Below are positions 37,359 through 47,412 of a stretch of 64,000 nucleotides of DNA, piece by piece; position 1 is the first letter of the stretch, and every line of letters starts with the position of its first letter. Made by a program: the position numbers and the translations under genes. The notes beneath the pieces were generated by a model, which had not been told where the DNA came from, did no database searches, and saw only the letters and a list, made by a program, of their open reading frames with translations. This DNA is from an uncultured Gemmatimonadaceae bacterium (lineage in GTDB: Bacteria > Gemmatimonadota > Gemmatimonadetes > Gemmatimonadales > GWC2-71-9), in assembly GCA_964638035.1 (NCBI GenBank), contig CAZWXD010000011.1, positions 24,875-88,874 of the forward strand, written 5' to 3'.

Positions 37359-38211
37359 TCGCCGATGGGCCGCGCTGCTGCTTGCCGTGGTGGTGGCGGC
37401 ATGTGGCAGCTCGAAGAAGCAGGCCGAACTCGAGGCCGCCGAGGCTGCGAAGCTGGCGACACTCCGGGCGCGCACCGACAGCATCCGGAAGGCGCGCACG
37501 GCCGACTCCCTGCAGGCCGTGCAGTGGGCCGCGTGCAGCGACTCCACCCTGGCGGCGCTCAGCAAGACCGCCGCGGGTCGCCGCGCCCTCAAGAAGGTGC
37601 CGGCGGGTCAGGTGGCACCGGAAGTGACGGGCGCGTGCGGCGCGCAGAAGCTCACCCAGGCCGCCCTGGCTGCCCGTGGGGACTCGGCGGCGAGCAAGGC
37701 GGGTGGGGTAGACCAGCCGGCAGGTACCGCGGCAGGTACCGCGGCAGGAACCGCTGCAGCGGCAGCGCCAGCGGCGCCCCAGCAGGTCGCCCGGGCTGAC
37801 TCTGCCCCGGCCATGCCGGCGCCCAGGGCGGTCGATTCACTCGACCCGCCGGCACCCGCGGAGCAGCAGGCGGAGGCATCGAGCGGCGACGTGCTCCGCG
37901 AGACCTACGCCTACGGCGGTGGCGCCCGCGACCCGTTCATGTCGCTGATCAACACGAAGTCGGCCGGTCCCGAGCTGGTGGACCTCCAGCTCGTGGCCAT
38001 CTACCAGGACATGCGGTCGTCGGCGAACAGCGTCGTCGTGCTGCGTGAGAAGCAATCGGGCAAGCGGCACAAGCTGCGCACGGGCGACCAGATCGGCCGG
38101 CTGCGCGTGGCGCAGGTTCGTGCGAAGGATGTGGTGTTCACGGTGGAAGACTTCGGGTTCGAGCGCCAGGAAACTCTCTCGCTCCGCAAGCAGGAGGATG
38201 TAGCCCAATGA
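37348..38211 (+). CDS. pilP: Type IV pilus assembly lipoprotein PilP
   Basis: Lipobox LAVVVAAC, Ala/Pro-rich linker, C-terminal PilP beta domain (RDPF...VVLREKQSGKRHKLRTGDQIG). Confidence 0.75.
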   Translation: MAPDRRWAALLLAVVVAACGSSKKQAELEAAEAAKLATLRARTDSIRKARTADSLQAVQWAACSDSTLAALSKTAAGRRALKKVPAGQVAPEVTGACGAQKLTQAALAARGDSAASKAGGVDQPAGTAAGTAAGTAAAAAPAAPQQVARADSAPAMPAPRAVDSLDPPAPAEQQAEASSGDVLRETYAYGGGARDPFMSLINTKSAGPELVDLQLVAIYQDMRSSANSVVVLREKQSGKRHKLRTGDQIGRLRVAQVRAKDVVFTVEDFGFERQETLSLRKQEDVAQ

Positions 38212-40067
38212 CGCGCCTGTTCCGTACACTGCTGGCTGCCGCCCTGGTCATGGGCGCGGCTCCCGCCCACGCGGCGGCGCCTCCGGCCGGCGAGCTGACG
38301 GCCGTACGCATCGTTGCGGCGCCTGGCCGGGTCGACTTCGTGCTCCGGGTGTCTGGCCCGGTGGAAGTCAGCGACTTCCTCCTGTCCTCGCCCGACCGCC
38401 TCGTGCTCGACCTCATGGGTACCACGCTTGGTGATGCCGGCGTGAAGCTCTACGACGGGGTCAACCGCGGCGGGATCACCAACGTTCGCTATGCCCAGTA
38501 CAAGCCCGACGTGGTGCGGGTGGTGCTCGACCTCGAGTCGGCCCGGACCTACAAGGTCGAGAAGGCCGGCGGGGAGATCCGGGTGTCCTTCGGCACCGCG
38601 TCACCGGTGGCGTTCGCCGAGTGGAGCACGGACGGCAACGCCGCTGCGCAGGTGGTCAGGGCCTCGGCGTCCCGGACGGTCGCGGCGGCCGACGAGCCCG
38701 TTGCGAGCGAGGTTGACGCGGCCAGCCAGTTGCCGCGCGCCGCGTCGGCCCCGCAGTATGCCGGCCCCGAGGTGGGCGTGCCCCTGGAGCAGTCGACCGC
38801 CATGCGGTCGCGGCAGGAGCCGCGCATCACCGTCACGTGGGACCGGGCGAGCATCGCCGACGTGGTGGCGGGCTTTGCCGCCTTCAGCGGGCGCACCATC
38901 ATCCTGGGCAAGGACATCAAGGGTGAGGTGAACGCCGAGATCAAGAACCAGCCCTGGCCGCAGGCGTTCCAGGCCGTGCTGGCCACGCAGGGCCTCACGG
39001 CGCAGGAGATGCCCGGCGGGATCATCCGGGTGGATGCCCCGCAGGTGCTGGCCGCGCTCGACTCGCTCGAGCCGCTGGAGACCAGCGTGGTGCGGATCAA
39101 CTATGCCCAGGCGGCTTCGCTGAGCAAGACGGTGGAGTCGATCCTGACCAAGGGGCGCGGCCGCGTGATTGCGGACACGGCAAGCAACTCGCTCATCATC
39201 ACCGACACGCGGAGCCGCGTGGGGCAGATCGCGGAGTTCACCCGCGGCCTCGACCTCAAGACGCCGCAGCTGTCCATCCAGGCCAAGATCATCTTCGTGG
39301 ACCGCTCGGACATCGAGCAGCTGGGCGTGCGGTACGACCTTGGCAGCGGCACCCAGTTCTTCAACAAGGTGGTGCAGCGCGTGGACCCGGCCACGGGTGA
39401 GTCGTTCGACCGGAACACCACCGTCGTGGACCTGGGCGGCAACCAGGTGGCTGCGGTTGGCAACGCCGACCAGAACATCATCGGCTCGGCGCTCGACCTG
39501 GTCTTCTCGACGGCGCTGGGCGGGTTCGACCTGACCGCGTTCCTCACCGCCCTCGAGACGGTCCAGCTCTCCGACGTGCAGGCCGAGCCGGTCATCTCGA
39601 CCCTCGACAACCGCCCGGCCGACATCCTGGTCGGTGAGGAAGTCCCGCTCCGCGTGATCGACGCGAGCTCGGTGGGTGTCGCCGGCCAGGCCCCGCGCGC
39701 GACGGTGCAGTTCCGCGAGGTGGGTATCCGCCTCACGGTGACGCCGCACGTGACGGCCAACCGGCAGATCCTGATGAACCTGCGGACCGAGCGCTCGGCG
39801 GTGGTGCCCCTTGCCGCCGCGGACCTTGGCTTCATCTTCTCGAAGCAGCTCGCGACCAACCAGCTCCTGGTGAACGATGGCGAGACGGCCGTGATCGGCG
39901 GCCTGACCGTCACCGAGGTGACCAAGGCCCGGTCCGGCATCCCGCTCCTGGGTGGCCTGCCGATCGTGGGCAAGCTGTTCTCCTTCAGCAAGGAAGAGGA
40001 GCGCCGCCGCGACCTGATTATCTTGGTCACGCCGCGGATCATCGACGACGGCCAGCCGACGAACTAG
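38208..40067 (+). CDS. pilQ: Type IV pilus secretin PilQ
   Basis: Signal peptide, AMIN domain (RVDFVLRVSG...LSSPDRLVLDLMG), secretin C-domain (GIPLLGGLPIVGKLFS...LIILVTPRII). Confidence 0.92.
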   Translation: MTRLFRTLLAAALVMGAAPAHAAAPPAGELTAVRIVAAPGRVDFVLRVSGPVEVSDFLLSSPDRLVLDLMGTTLGDAGVKLYDGVNRGGITNVRYAQYKPDVVRVVLDLESARTYKVEKAGGEIRVSFGTASPVAFAEWSTDGNAAAQVVRASASRTVAAADEPVASEVDAASQLPRAASAPQYAGPEVGVPLEQSTAMRSRQEPRITVTWDRASIADVVAGFAAFSGRTIILGKDIKGEVNAEIKNQPWPQAFQAVLATQGLTAQEMPGGIIRVDAPQVLAALDSLEPLETSVVRINYAQAASLSKTVESILTKGRGRVIADTASNSLIITDTRSRVGQIAEFTRGLDLKTPQLSIQAKIIFVDRSDIEQLGVRYDLGSGTQFFNKVVQRVDPATGESFDRNTTVVDLGGNQVAAVGNADQNIIGSALDLVFSTALGGFDLTAFLTALETVQLSDVQAEPVISTLDNRPADILVGEEVPLRVIDASSVGVAGQAPRATVQFREVGIRLTVTPHVTANRQILMNLRTERSAVVPLAAADLGFIFSKQLATNQLLVNDGETAVIGGLTVTEVTKARSGIPLLGGLPIVGKLFSFSKEEERRRDLIILVTPRIIDDGQPTN

Positions 40068-40099
40068 CTGGGCGCGGCCGTCCCGAGCAGTACCACGAG

Positions 40100-40126
40100 C
40101 CCGGCTGGCAAGGCCGGGCTTGTGTC
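40100..40126 (+). terminator. Rho-independent terminator after pilQ
   Basis: GCCCGGC - tggcaag - GCCGGGC followed by TTGTGT. Confidence 0.65.
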
Positions 40127-40233
40127 GTCAAGGCGTCAGGGCGTCAAGGCGTCAGGAGTCATATGTTCACGATCGTGCACCCGGGCGTCCTGACGCCCTG
40201 ACGCCTTGACGCCCTGACGTCCTGACGTCCCCC
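40125..40233. repeat. Inverted pair of tandem octamer arrays, family 2: (GGCGTCAR)x3-4 - 27-nt spacer - (TGACGYCY)x5-6
   Basis: Read directly. The spacer contains the perfect palindrome CACGATCGTG. The array ends about 13 nt before the aroC start. Coordinates here may be 1 nt high relative to the ORF track. Confidence 0.85.
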
Positions 40234-40245
40234 AGGAGCGACGAA

Positions 40246-41508
40246 TTGCACCTGACCTTCACCACCGCTGGCGAGTCCCATGGCAAGGCCCTCGTCGCCA
40301 TCGTCGAGGGGCTGCCGGCCGGGCTTCGCATCGCGGCGGAGTGGGTAGACCACGACCTGGCGCGGCGGATGCAAGGCTATGGCCGCGGTGCGCGGATGAA
40401 GATCGAGCAGGACCGGGTCGAGTGGATCTCGGGCGTGCGCGCTGGCGAGACCCTGGGGACCCCGGTGGCCATGCTGGTTGCCAATCGCGACTGGGCCAAC
40501 TGGGAAGACGTGATGGCCGCCGAAGGCTCCGGGGAGGTGCGCCGCCGACGCGTGACCCGTCCGCGGCCCGGCCATGCCGACCTGGTGGGCGTGCTCAAGT
40601 ACGACCGGGTGGATGCACGCGATATCCTGGAACGCGCCAGCGCACGCGAGACGGTGGCACGCGTCGCCGCCGGTGCACTGGCCCGGCGCCTGCTTGACGA
40701 GTTCGGGGTCGAGGTGGGGAGCCATGTGGTCTCGCTGGGCGGGATCGATGCGGCCCCCGCCGCCGTCCTCCCGGTGCCCCTCAACGAGCACGCCGACCAG
40801 TCGCCCGTCCGCGTGCTCGACCGGGCGTGCGAGGCGCGCATCGTGGCACGCATCGACCAGGCGAAGAAGGACGGCGACACCCTGGGCGGCGAGGTCGAGG
40901 TCGTGGTGCGCGGCCTGGTGCTGGGGCTCGGCAGCCACGTGAGCTGGGACCGGAAGCTCGATGGCCGCCTGGCGCAGGCGCTCATGTCCATCCCGGCGGT
41001 GAAGTCGGTTGAGGTGGGGCTGGGGCGTGAGGCCGCCCGCCATCCGGGATCGGCGGTGCACGATCCCATCGATGCCGATGGCGAGGGCGTGTCGCCCCAT
41101 GGTGGCGATGCTCGCGGCGGGTTTCGGCGGCGGTCGAACAATGCAGGCGGGCTCGAGGGGGGAATGACCACGGGCGAGCCGCTGGTGGTGCGGGTGGGCA
41201 TGAAGCCCATCGCCACCCTCATGAGCCCGCTGCCCACGGTCGACCTGGTGAGCGGGGCCGCGGCGACTGCGCAGAGCGAGCGCAGCGACGTGACGGCGGT
41301 GCCGGCAATGGGGGTGATCGCCGAGGCGATGGTGGCACTGGTGCTGGCGGATGCAATGCGGGAGAAGTTCGGGGGAGACAGCGTGGCCGAGATGCGCCGG
41401 AATTACGACAGCTATGTGCAGGCCCTCGGGGTCCGCTGGCGTGCACTCGCGAGCGACGTGACACCGCTGGCTGGCGAGGCACACGCGGCGCCAGGGGTGC
41501 CCCGGTGA
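40246..41508 (+). CDS. aroC: Chorismate synthase
   Basis: FTTAGESHGKALVAIVEGLPAG N-terminus and family-wide similarity over 420 aa. Confidence 0.93.
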   Translation: MHLTFTTAGESHGKALVAIVEGLPAGLRIAAEWVDHDLARRMQGYGRGARMKIEQDRVEWISGVRAGETLGTPVAMLVANRDWANWEDVMAAEGSGEVRRRRVTRPRPGHADLVGVLKYDRVDARDILERASARETVARVAAGALARRLLDEFGVEVGSHVVSLGGIDAAPAAVLPVPLNEHADQSPVRVLDRACEARIVARIDQAKKDGDTLGGEVEVVVRGLVLGLGSHVSWDRKLDGRLAQALMSIPAVKSVEVGLGREAARHPGSAVHDPIDADGEGVSPHGGDARGGFRRRSNNAGGLEGGMTTGEPLVVRVGMKPIATLMSPLPTVDLVSGAAATAQSERSDVTAVPAMGVIAEAMVALVLADAMREKFGGDSVAEMRRNYDSYVQALGVRWRALASDVTPLAGEAHAAPGVPR

Positions 41509-42029
41509 GCGCGCGGCGGCACGTGATCCTCGTGGGCCTGCCCGGGGCGGGGAAGACCACCGTGGGCAAGCAGGTCGCCGAGCGCCTCAGGTGCGAGTTC
41601 GTCGACGTGGACGCCATCATGACGCGGAAGATGCAGATGCCCGTGACCCGCATCTTCGCGGAGTACGGCGAGCCGCGATTCCGGGTGGTCGAGCACGAGG
41701 CGGTGATGGAGGCCCTTGGCAATGACCCCGCCATCCTTGTCCCCGGCGGCGGCTGGGCCGCACAGGAGGGCAACCTCGCGGCCGTGGGCGCCCGGGCGTT
41801 CGTGGTCTACCTCAAGTGCATGGCGACCACTGCGGTCAAGCGCGTGCAGGGGGGCGAGGCGCGTCCCGTCCTGACCGGCGAGGACCCATTCGCTCGCATG
41901 CGGGCCCTGCTGCAGGAGCGCGAGGCGTTCTACGCGCAGGCCGACGCCGAGGTCAAGACCGACATGAAGAGCGCGCCCCAGGTAGCCGAGGAAGTGGCGA
42001 GGCTGGCCCAGGCGCGTGCCGGCTGGTAG
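41505..42029 (+). CDS. aroK: Shikimate kinase
   Basis: ILVGLPGAGKTTVGKQVAERL P-loop; 174 aa. Overlaps the aroC stop. Confidence 0.9.
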   Translation: MSARRHVILVGLPGAGKTTVGKQVAERLRCEFVDVDAIMTRKMQMPVTRIFAEYGEPRFRVVEHEAVMEALGNDPAILVPGGGWAAQEGNLAAVGARAFVVYLKCMATTAVKRVQGGEARPVLTGEDPFARMRALLQEREAFYAQADAEVKTDMKSAPQVAEEVARLAQARAGW

Positions 42030-42140
42030 CGCAGGGGCCACGCTGCTCCAGCACTGCCGGGCGAAAATGATGGGTGCGGCGCGCGCCGGAGTTGCGTGGC
42101 CGGGGCCGGTCGCGTTAGATAGGGCGCCCTGAGGGAGGCT

Positions 42141-44993
42141 ATGAAGCGAAGCAAGTCGGGCAAGTCCAAGGCGCGCACCGCGGCCAGGACAAGAACGGCG
42201 GCCAAGGCGCCGAAGGCGGCCAAGCCAGCGGCACGGGCACCGAAAGCTGCCAAGGCGCCGGTGGCGAAGCGTGCGCCCGCGAAGGCCTCATCGAGCACAC
42301 CCACCCGGGCTGCTCCCGCTGCACGCACCCCTGTGCGGGCCCGCAAGGTCGGCGGCACGCACCTCGTCATCGTCGAGTCGCCCACCAAGGCACGCACCAT
42401 CAAGGGCTTCCTCCCCGCCGGGTACCGCGTGGAGGCCTCGATGGGCCACGTGCGCGACCTGCCGGGCGATGCCAAGGAAATCCCCGCCAAGTTCAAGGCG
42501 CTCGACTGGTCCCGCCTGGGCGTCAACGTCGACCAGGACTTCGAGCCCCTCTACATCGTCCCCTCCGACAAGAAGTCGGTGGTGCGGGAACTCAAGGAAG
42601 CGCTCGACGACGCCGACGAGCTGATCCTCGCCACCGACGAAGACCGCGAGGGGGAGAGCATCTCCTGGCACCTGCAGGAGTTGCTCAAGCCGCGCGTACC
42701 GGTGCGTCGCATGGTGTTCCACGAGATCACGCGTGACGCCATCCAGGAGGCGCTGGAGCACACTCGCGAGGTGGACGACCGGCTGGTGCGCGCCCAGGAA
42801 ACTCGGCGCATCCTCGACCGGCTCGTGGGTTACACCCTCTCACCGCTCCTCTGGAAGAAGATCGCCTGGGGCCTCTCGGCGGGGCGGGTGCAGTCAGTCG
42901 CCATGCGGCTGCTGGTGGTGCGGGAGCGCGAGCGGCGGGCGTTCCGCTCGGCCACCTACTGGGACCTGGTGGCGCAGCTGCTCCACGCGAAACAGGAATT
43001 CAAGGCCGAACTCACGGCCGTGGGCGGGAAGAAGGTGGCCACCGGCCGCGACTTCGACGAGTCCACCGGCAAGCTCGCCCAGGGGCGCGACGTGGTGCTG
43101 CTGGGTGCTGATGAGGCCGAGGCCCTTCGCACCCGCCTGCTCAAGGCCACCTGGACGGTGAGTGCAACGGAGGAGAAGCCCTCCATCCGGCGACCCTGGC
43201 CACCCTTCACCACGTCCACGCTGCAGCAGGAAGCCAACCGCAAGCTCCGGCTCTCGGCGCGTGATGCCATGCGCACGGCGCAGAACCTCTACGAGCAGGG
43301 CTTCATCACCTACATGCGCACCGACTCGGTCCACCTGTCGGACCAGGCGGTCTCGGCGGCGCGCAATGCGGTGACCGGCCTGTACGGCAAGGAGTACCTG
43401 CCAGCCGAGCCGAGGCGCTACACCAACAAGAGCGCCAACGCGCAGGAAGCGCACGAGGCCATTCGTCCGGCCGGCCAGTTTTTCAAGCTGCCGAGCCAGA
43501 CGAAGCTGGGTGGGCGCGAGCTGGCGCTGTACGACCTGATCTGGAAGCGCACGGTGGCGAGCCAGATGGCCGACGCGCGGCAGACGGCGCTCAGCGTCAC
43601 CATCGATGCAGCCGATGCCACCTTCCGGGCGTCGGGGAAGCGGATCGACTTCGCCGGCTTCCTCCGGGCGTACGTGGAGGGGTCGGACGATCCCGAGGCG
43701 GCGCTGGAAGACCAGGAAGTCATCCTCCCGCCGCTCAAGGAAGGCGACCGGCCCACCTGCCAGTCGCTCGAGGCGGTGTCGCACGACACCCAGCCGCCGG
43801 CACGCTATACCGAGGCAACCCTGGTGAAGGCCCTCGAGGCGGACGGGGTGGGGCGTCCCAGCACCTACGCCAGCATCATCGGCACCATCCTCGAGCGCGG
43901 GTACGCCCAGCGCGCGGGGCAGGCGCTGGTGCCCACCTTCACCGCCTTTGCGGTGACGGCGCTGCTGGAGGAGCACTTTCCCCACCTGGTGGATGAGGGG
44001 TTCACCGCCAGCATGGAAGAGACGCTCGACGAGATCTCCGAGGGCCACGCCGAGTGGCTCCCGTACCTGCGCGAGTTCTACTTCGGGCCCGAGGGGCTCA
44101 AGGCACAGGTGGGGCTGCACGAGAAGCAGATCGACCCCACCCTCGCCCGGACGGTGGACCTGGGCGGCCTCGATGCCAGGGTGAAGATCGGGAAGTTCGG
44201 GCCCTACGTTGAGGTGGAGCGCGGCGGCGAGACGATCAAGGCGTCGATTCCCCGGGACGCGGCGCCTGCAGACCTCTCCCCTGACCAGGTGGAGACGATC
44301 CTGCGCCAGAAGATCGAGGGTCCCGACGAGCTGGGGCGGCACCCCGAAACGAAGCAGCCCATCTACCTCCTCACCGGCCAGTACGGGCCGTACCTGCAGC
44401 TGGGTGAGGTGGTGGATGGAGAACCCAAGCCCAAGCGCGCGTCGCTGCCCCGCGGAGTGAAGCCCGAGGACGTCACCATGGAGATGGCGGTGGGGCTGCT
44501 CTCGCTGCCGCGCCACCTGGGTGACCATCCCGCCGACGGGCGTTCGGTGATGGCGGGGCTCGGACGGTTCGGGCCCTACATCGTCCATGACAAGGGCAAG
44601 GACGGCAAGGACTACCGCTCCATCAAGGGAGAGGACAACGTCCTCACCATCGCGCTGCCCCGCGCGCTGGAGTTGCTCGCCCAACCCAAGCAGGCGCGCG
44701 GGCGCCGCGCCGCACCCACGCCGGTGCGCGTCGTGGGCAGCCACCCCGACGACCAGCAGCCCGTCGGCCTCTACGATGGCCAGTACGGGCCCTACGTGAA
44801 GCACGGTGACGTGAGCGCCAGCCTGCCCAAGGGGAGCGACCCGGCACAGCTGACGCTTGCGGAAGCCATCGAGCTGCTCGCTGCGCGCCGGGCATCTGGA
44901 GGAGGCCGGCGCGGCAGGGGCAGCAAGGGTGGGCGGGGCGGGCGGGGTGGTGGTCCCGCGACCCCGCGGAGAAGGAAGGCCGCGGCGACGTGA
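42141..44993 (+). CDS. topA: DNA topoisomerase I with Lys/Ala-rich N-terminal and Arg/Gly-rich C-terminal tails
   Basis: Toprim [10 protein letters not shown]; active-site Tyr context [11 protein letters not shown]-terminal cysteine-free repeats (G.HPE...GQYGPY) of the actinobacterial type. GGGAGG Shine-Dalgarno sequence before ATG 42141. Confidence 0.93.
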   Translation: MKRSKSGKSKARTAARTRTAAKAPKAAKPAARAPKAAKAPVAKRAPAKASSSTPTRAAPAARTPVRARKVGGTHLVIVESPTKARTIKGFLPAGYRVEASMGHVRDLPGDAKEIPAKFKALDWSRLGVNVDQDFEPLYIVPSDKKSVVRELKEALDDADELILATDEDREGESISWHLQELLKPRVPVRRMVFHEITRDAIQEALEHTREVDDRLVRAQETRRILDRLVGYTLSPLLWKKIAWGLSAGRVQSVAMRLLVVRERERRAFRSATYWDLVAQLLHAKQEFKAELTAVGGKKVATGRDFDESTGKLAQGRDVVLLGADEAEALRTRLLKATWTVSATEEKPSIRRPWPPFTTSTLQQEANRKLRLSARDAMRTAQNLYEQGFITYMRTDSVHLSDQAVSAARNAVTGLYGKEYLPAEPRRYTNKSANAQEAHEAIRPAGQFFKLPSQTKLGGRELALYDLIWKRTVASQMADARQTALSVTIDAADATFRASGKRIDFAGFLRAYVEGSDDPEAALEDQEVILPPLKEGDRPTCQSLEAVSHDTQPPARYTEATLVKALEADGVGRPSTYASIIGTILERGYAQRAGQALVPTFTAFAVTALLEEHFPHLVDEGFTASMEETLDEISEGHAEWLPYLREFYFGPEGLKAQVGLHEKQIDPTLARTVDLGGLDARVKIGKFGPYVEVERGGETIKASIPRDAAPADLSPDQVETILRQKIEGPDELGRHPETKQPIYLLTGQYGPYLQLGEVVDGEPKPKRASLPRGVKPEDVTMEMAVGLLSLPRHLGDHPADGRSVMAGLGRFGPYIVHDKGKDGKDYRSIKGEDNVLTIALPRALELLAQPKQARGRRAAPTPVRVVGSHPDDQQPVGLYDGQYGPYVKHGDVSASLPKGSDPAQLTLAEAIELLAARRASGGGRRGRGSKGGRGGRGGGPATPRRRKAAAT

Positions 44994-46285
44994 CGGTGAC
45001 CGTGGTCGGTGGCGGCCTGGCGGGAAGTGAAGCCGCCTGGGCGCTGGCCGAGCGCGGTTACGAAGTGCTCCTCTCCGAGATGCGGCCCCTGGTGCCCACG
45101 GCGGCGCACCAGTCGGGCCGACTGGCCGAGCTGGTCTGCTCCAACTCCTTCAAGTCCATCGAAGTCGAGAATGCCCACGGGCTCCTGAAGCACGAGCTTC
45201 GCCTGCTCGGCAGCCTGCTCCTGCCCCTGGCCGACCAGGCACGGGTGCCGGGTGGCGCCGCGCTGGCCGTGGATCGCGAGGTGTTCTCGCGCCTGGTCGA
45301 TGCGCGCATCCGCTCGCACCCGCGCATCCGCGTGCACACGGCCGAAGTGACCTCGCTCCCGAGCCCGGGCATCGTGGCCACGGGGCCACTCACGTCCCCG
45401 GGGCTCGCCCAGGCGATCGCAGGGCGGCTCGGGGCGGAGTCGCTCGCGTTCTACGATGCCATCGCGCCCATCGTGAGCCGAGACTCGCTCGATGGCGAGC
45501 GCATCTACGCCCGCTCCCGCTATGGCAAGGGCGAGGGGGATGACTACCTCAATGCTCCCTTCGGGCGGGAGGAGTATGAGGCCTTCGTGGATGCGCTGGT
45601 GGCGGCCGACCAGCACGCAGGCCATGACTTCGACACGGTGCCCTACTTCGAGGGCTGCCTGCCGGTCGAGGAGATGGCGCGGCGCGGGCGGGAGACGCTG
45701 CGATTCGGGCCGATGAAGCCGGTGGGCCTCGCCGACCCGCGGACCGGCCGCGAGCCGTACGCCGTGGTGCAGTTCCGGCGGGAGGACCAGGCAGGGCAGA
45801 TGTGGAACCTGGTCGGCTTCCAGACCCGCCTCCGCATTCCCGAACAGCAGCGTGTCTTCCGCATGATCCCGGGGCTCGAGCACACCGAGTTCCTGCGCTA
45901 CGGCAGCATCCACCGGAACTCGTACCTCAACAGCCCGGCGAGCCTCGGGCCCGGGCTGGCGGCACGGGACGACGCAGCGCTCTTCTTCGCGGGCCAGCTC
46001 ACCGGTGTCGAGGGCTACACTGAATCGCTCGGCACCGGCCTCCTGGCCGGGATCAACCTGGCGCGGGTGCTGCAGGGAAAGCCGGTGCGCGTGCCGCCTG
46101 CCACCACCATGCTGGGTGGGCTGTACCGCTACCTAAGCGACGCCAACCCGGCACATTTCCAGCCGATGAATGCCAACTTCGGGTTGCTGGATCCGCTACC
46201 TGGCAAGGTGCGGAAGGACGACAGGAAGCGGCTGCTGGCGGAACGGGCGGTTGCCGACTTCGGGGCGTGGATGGAGGGGGTGTGA
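44990..46285 (+). CDS. trmFO: Methylenetetrahydrofolate--tRNA-(uracil-5-)-methyltransferase TrmFO
   Basis: [22 protein letters not shown] motif; full-length family similarity. Confidence 0.92.
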   Translation: MTVTVVGGGLAGSEAAWALAERGYEVLLSEMRPLVPTAAHQSGRLAELVCSNSFKSIEVENAHGLLKHELRLLGSLLLPLADQARVPGGAALAVDREVFSRLVDARIRSHPRIRVHTAEVTSLPSPGIVATGPLTSPGLAQAIAGRLGAESLAFYDAIAPIVSRDSLDGERIYARSRYGKGEGDDYLNAPFGREEYEAFVDALVAADQHAGHDFDTVPYFEGCLPVEEMARRGRETLRFGPMKPVGLADPRTGREPYAVVQFRREDQAGQMWNLVGFQTRLRIPEQQRVFRMIPGLEHTEFLRYGSIHRNSYLNSPASLGPGLAARDDAALFFAGQLTGVEGYTESLGTGLLAGINLARVLQGKPVRVPPATTMLGGLYRYLSDANPAHFQPMNANFGLLDPLPGKVRKDDRKRLLAERAVADFGAWMEGV

Positions 46286-46287
46286 GG

Positions 46288-46423
46288 GACGGCGAGACGG
46301 CGGGACGGCGGGACGGCGGGATGGCGAGGCGGCGAGACGGCGGGATGGCGAGACGGCGAGACGGCGAGGAGCGTCCGTCAATCACTCCCGGCGTCCCGCC
46401 GTCCCGCCGTCCCGCCGTCCCGG
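46288..46423. repeat. Inverted pair of tandem octamer arrays, family 1: (GACGGCGR)x10 - 24-nt spacer - (CCGCCGTC-type)x4
   Basis: Read directly. Left arm is 46288..46367, with variants GATGGCGA x2 and GGCGGCGA x1. Right arm is 46392..46423. The array starts 3 nt after the trmFO stop and runs into the xerC reading frame. Confidence 0.9.
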
Positions 46424-47310
46424 AGTTCCTCGCCCACCTCGAGCACGAGAAACAGCAGTCGCCCAACACCGTCAAGGCGTACGCGCGCGACCTCGAGGCG
46501 TTCACCGGGTTCCTCGACCGGCACACCGGCGGGGCGTGGGCGTGGGAGACGGTGGACCGCACGGCGATCCGTGGCTTCCTGGGCGAGATGCAGCGGCGTG
46601 GGCTCTCCAAGCGCAGTTCGGCCCGTGCGCTCTCGGCGGTGCGGAGTTTCTATCGCTACCTGCAGCTGCACCACGGGATCGAGACCGTGGTGGCGCGCGC
46701 GGCGCGGGTGCCGAAGCTCGACAAGCGGCTCCCTACCTGGCTCGACCGATCGCGGACCGACCGGCTCTTCGAGCAGGCGGAGGCACGGGCGCACGGAGAT
46801 GACCCCGGGGCGGTGCGCGACCTGGCGATCCTCGAGGTGTTCTACTCCAGCGGCATGCGGCTCTCCGAGCTGTCGGGGCTCAACCTGGCCGACGTTGACC
46901 TGCTCTCGGACCAGGTGAAGGTGCGAGGCAAGGGCCGGAAGGAGCGGATCGTGCCGCTCGGGAGCCGGGCGGTGCAGGCGCTCCGGCGCTGGATGCCGCT
47001 CCGGGCGGAGCTCACGAAGCGGCCGGGCACCGAGCGGCAGGCGGTGTTCGTGAACCTGCGCGGGACGCGGCTCTCGCCGCGGGGGGTGCAGCGCGCGATG
47101 CACCGGCTCTTCGAGACCATCGGGGCCGATGAGCTTCGCGTGCACAGCCTGCGGCACACCTTTGCGACCCACCTGCTCGACGCGGGTGCGGACTTGAGGG
47201 CGGTGCAGGAGCTCCTGGGGCATGCGAGCCTGAGCACCACCCAGGTGTACACGCACACGAGCGTGGAGCGGTTGAAGGCGGTGTACCGGAAGGCGCACCC
47301 GCGGGCTTGA
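46345..47310 (+). CDS. xerC: Tyrosine recombinase XerC/XerD family
   Basis: FLAHLEHEKQQSPNTVKAYARDLEAF core-binding helix. Catalytic HSLRHTFATH...GHASLSTTQVYTH. Start uncertain (ATG 46345, ATG 46321 or GTG 46267), and all lie inside the repeat array. Confidence 0.85.
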   Translation: MARRRDGEERPSITPGVPPSRRPAVPEFLAHLEHEKQQSPNTVKAYARDLEAFTGFLDRHTGGAWAWETVDRTAIRGFLGEMQRRGLSKRSSARALSAVRSFYRYLQLHHGIETVVARAARVPKLDKRLPTWLDRSRTDRLFEQAEARAHGDDPGAVRDLAILEVFYSSGMRLSELSGLNLADVDLLSDQVKVRGKGRKERIVPLGSRAVQALRRWMPLRAELTKRPGTERQAVFVNLRGTRLSPRGVQRAMHRLFETIGADELRVHSLRHTFATHLLDAGADLRAVQELLGHASLSTTQVYTHTSVERLKAVYRKAHPRA

Positions 47311-47412
47311 GGCGTCCACGTCCGGTGGGCGGCCCATGCTGGCATTTGCCCCCGGAAGAATGCACTATACCGGGGCGACCTGGGCGCCCCGGGTCTCCCC
47401 CCAGGCAACCGC

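Noticed and set aside
40068-40560. Apparent 1-nt offset between my hand reading of the printed sequence and the ORF-track coordinates. By my count the aroC TTG is at 40247 versus 40246 in the track, and a base seems to be missing near 40560. This would imply an aroC frameshift.
   Set aside because: The ORF track gives an uninterrupted 420-aa chorismate synthase, and flanking coordinates (40067, 40574, 41505) agree with my count. I attribute the discrepancy to my manual reading and do not call a pseudogene. Motif coordinates in this interval may be 1 nt high.
46267-47310. Tyrosine recombinase as an integrase marking a mobile element or genomic island.
   Set aside because: The sequence is XerC/XerD-like and sits in the widely conserved xerC-hslV-hslU arrangement. 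There is no adjacent tRNA, no phage or IS genes and no compositional shift.
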